This document shows, piece after piece, positions 62,100-64,000 of a DNA stretch of 64,000 nucleotides (within the stretch, counting starts at the first letter, position 1; every line of letters starts with the position of its first letter). Origin of the DNA: Rhizaria sp. SCN 62-66 (lineage: Eukaryota); assembly GCA_001724265.1 (NCBI GenBank), contig MEDY01000150.1, forward strand, positions 1 to 64,000, in the 5' to 3' direction. Made by a program: the position numbers and the translations under genes. A model generated the notes under the pieces. That model saw nothing but the letters and a program-made list of their open reading frames with translations. It was not told where the DNA came from and did not search any database.

Positions 62100-62750
62100 T
62101 TACTCCTGGACGGGGAAGGAGAACTCAACCGCGGAGCGGGTGAGGCGGTTGTAGACGGCGGCGAAGGACTTGAGCTTGTCCTCGGTCTCCTTAGCATCCT
62201 TCTTGTCGACGAAGACCTTAAGGAGCTTGGACTGGTCAGCACGCACGCGGGTGCGCTTGCCGACGATGGAGGAGGGGAAGACAATGTCGTCGAGGATGGC
62301 GGCGTGCACGGCAGTGAGGGTGCGCGACTGGGGGCGAGCGATGCCCTTGTACTGAGCCATCTGTGATGATGTAGAGAGGAGCAAGCAAGAGCAAAGCAAG
62401 TGCGAGTGCGCACAGATGAGAAGGGTGAGCGCGGGATGAGAATAGCAAAGCAAGACAGGTGCGGATGGGGATGTAGCTGAGATAAGGGTGAAGAGAAAGA
62501 TGTGGAGAAACGTACCTCGTTGGTGAGGATGGTGCGCTGGGCAATGAAGACGAAGTGGGTGTTGGCGAACTTCTTCTCGAGCTCGCGGGAGAGGCGGGGC
62601 TGGATCGACCTCCTTGGCCGCGCAGAAGTGAAGGGCCTTGAGGCCCGCGAGCTCAGGGGTCTCCTGGAGCTCGACCATAGCCTTAGCAACGCTCTCCTCG
62701 AAAGAGGAGACGGCCTTGCCGTTGGCCTTAACAACCTTGTTAGTCGCCAT
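62100..62750 (-). CDS. RPS7: 40S ribosomal protein S7 (eS7), with an apparent internal deletion and frameshift near 62604 (exons 62750-62516, 62360-62100)
   Basis: FEESVAKAMVELQ..AAKEVD in one frame; IQPRLSRELEKKF..FIAQRTIL in another; exon 2 RPQSRTLTAVHAAILDDIVFPSSIVGKRTRV..FAAVYNRLT; ends TAA. Confidence 0.9.
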   Translation of the reverse strand: MATNKVVKANGKAVSSFEESVAKAMVELQETPELAGLKALHFCAAKEVDPAPPLPRAREEVRQHPLRLHCPAHHPHQRGTFLHIFLFTLISATSPSAPVLLCYSHPALTLLICAHSHLLCSCLLLSTSSQMAQYKGIARPQSRTLTAVHAAILDDIVFPSSIVGKRTRVRADQSKLLKVFVDKKDAKETEDKLKSFAAVYNRLTRSAVEFSFPVQE

Positions 62751-64000
62751 TAGGAAGAGAGGCTACAAAGCAATAGGAACGTCGGAAGCAAAAGAGAGTA
62801 TGGAAAGCAGTGAGCATGGGCATGGACGCAACAGACACGAAAGCGGGGGTCCTCAGACCGATTGCGAGGGTGGCCAGAGTGAGCTCTGTTGTCCCGGTCA
62901 ACAAGTGAGCACAACTTCGCATCACAAAACTAGGGTAACGAAGGCGTCTGGCAATAACGCAAACCCACTGTAGGATAGAATAATTCCTGTTTTATCATAG
63001 CAAATCATCCCTAGACGCATAGTCCGCACGCCGGATCCATAAAGACTGTCCTCAATCCGCGCCTCGACCTCACACACTGGGCCCGACTGATGCCCGCGGT
63101 GCGGCGACTCGGCTAAGGGCCATCTAAGTACCCCAGAATGTATTTCCCCCTTTTCGCGAACCGGGTCCAGGACGAGCTGCCTCAAGCTATTATCACGGAA
63201 GGTTTTTAAAACAACTATATCGTCGGATGACACCATTTTTTAACTATGGGGATGACACGAAGTGTACTATCATGGCAATTTATCACAACGTCTGGGTCGC
63301 GATATGAAAGCGGCCAAAGGGGGGGAAAACTCGACTGTTGGTCGACACAACTATTGCATAACACATCTCTAATAGCTCCCTCAAAACGATTGGTGGACAT
63401 ACCTCTGAGAAGTCCGATCTGCGGAGCAAGTCTATTCCTGTTATATTTTTTCTCTTCAGTCCTGCATATTGCTGTCTTAGATCGATAATGTGGGTAATCA
63501 CTGCTTGTGTCGTGTGAACAGGATTTGATGCTGTGTTAATCGTTCATCGTCACCAACATCAGCTTCCGCCTCGCCTCGTTCGTTCCCATGATGTCGATTA
63601 ACTGTGACGTCCACCCACCTTGCTCGTATCCGTCTCTCTTCCATGTTTGGCTGTGTCAACTGCAACTCGTGCTGCCTAGCAATCTTGCTCTCAATAAACT
63701 GAGCAACGTAGCAGATCATGTCGCACTTCATCAGTGATCTACTCATGCCAGTGCGCATCTATAGTTGGCAGATCGATTGAGCTGCTGATGTGTGTGTTAA
63801 GGTGTTGCTTGCGTTCCAAAACATCCAATAAACACACAATCGACAACAAAACAGAAATGAGTGGCAATGTGCTTTGTAAGACAACATCTGTTGTACAACA
63901 GATCAAAGCAAAACAAAAATGTATTAATTCAATTAAACGTTGCTAGTAAGGATACTATGTAACATAAGGTATATTGATCTTGACAATTTCTCCGGCACAA

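Noticed and set aside
62980-63500. Moderately GC-rich intergenic stretch upstream of RPS7, possibly a structured ncRNA
   Set aside because: I could not identify tRNA, snRNA, snoRNA, SRP or RNase P/MRP motifs by eye; an Infernal/Rfam search is needed.

Overview
GC-rich, gene-dense nuclear DNA from a eukaryotic microbe (protist-like). It has AT-rich GT-AG introns of about 100-220 nt (donor mostly GTACGN) and short AT-rich intergenic spacers. I can model 18 protein-coding genes: a giant PX + nucleotidyltransferase protein, KIN17, a coiled-coil protein, LSM6, an AMPK-gamma-like CBS protein, a dual-specificity phosphatase, a tandem NDK, a kinesin-3 ending in CaaX, CMTR1, a CASTOR-like ACT protein, a long unknown protein, a P2X receptor, a DusA-type tRNA dihydrouridine synthase, a possible MED21, an MFSD1-like transporter, proteasome alpha-6 (PSMA1), ATPase inhibitor IF1 and RPS7. 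The main finding is evidence for a non-standard nuclear genetic code. Seven TAG codons sit in frame inside four genes (KIN17, the 42-48 kb gene, P2X, DusA), and coding-like sequence continues in the same frame after each. With TAG read as sense, all 18 gene models end in TAA (11) or TGA (7). Gln-rich contexts suggest UAG=Gln with UAA and UGA kept as stops, a rare uncoupling of UAG from UAA. All family calls come from recognising motifs by eye; no searches were run.
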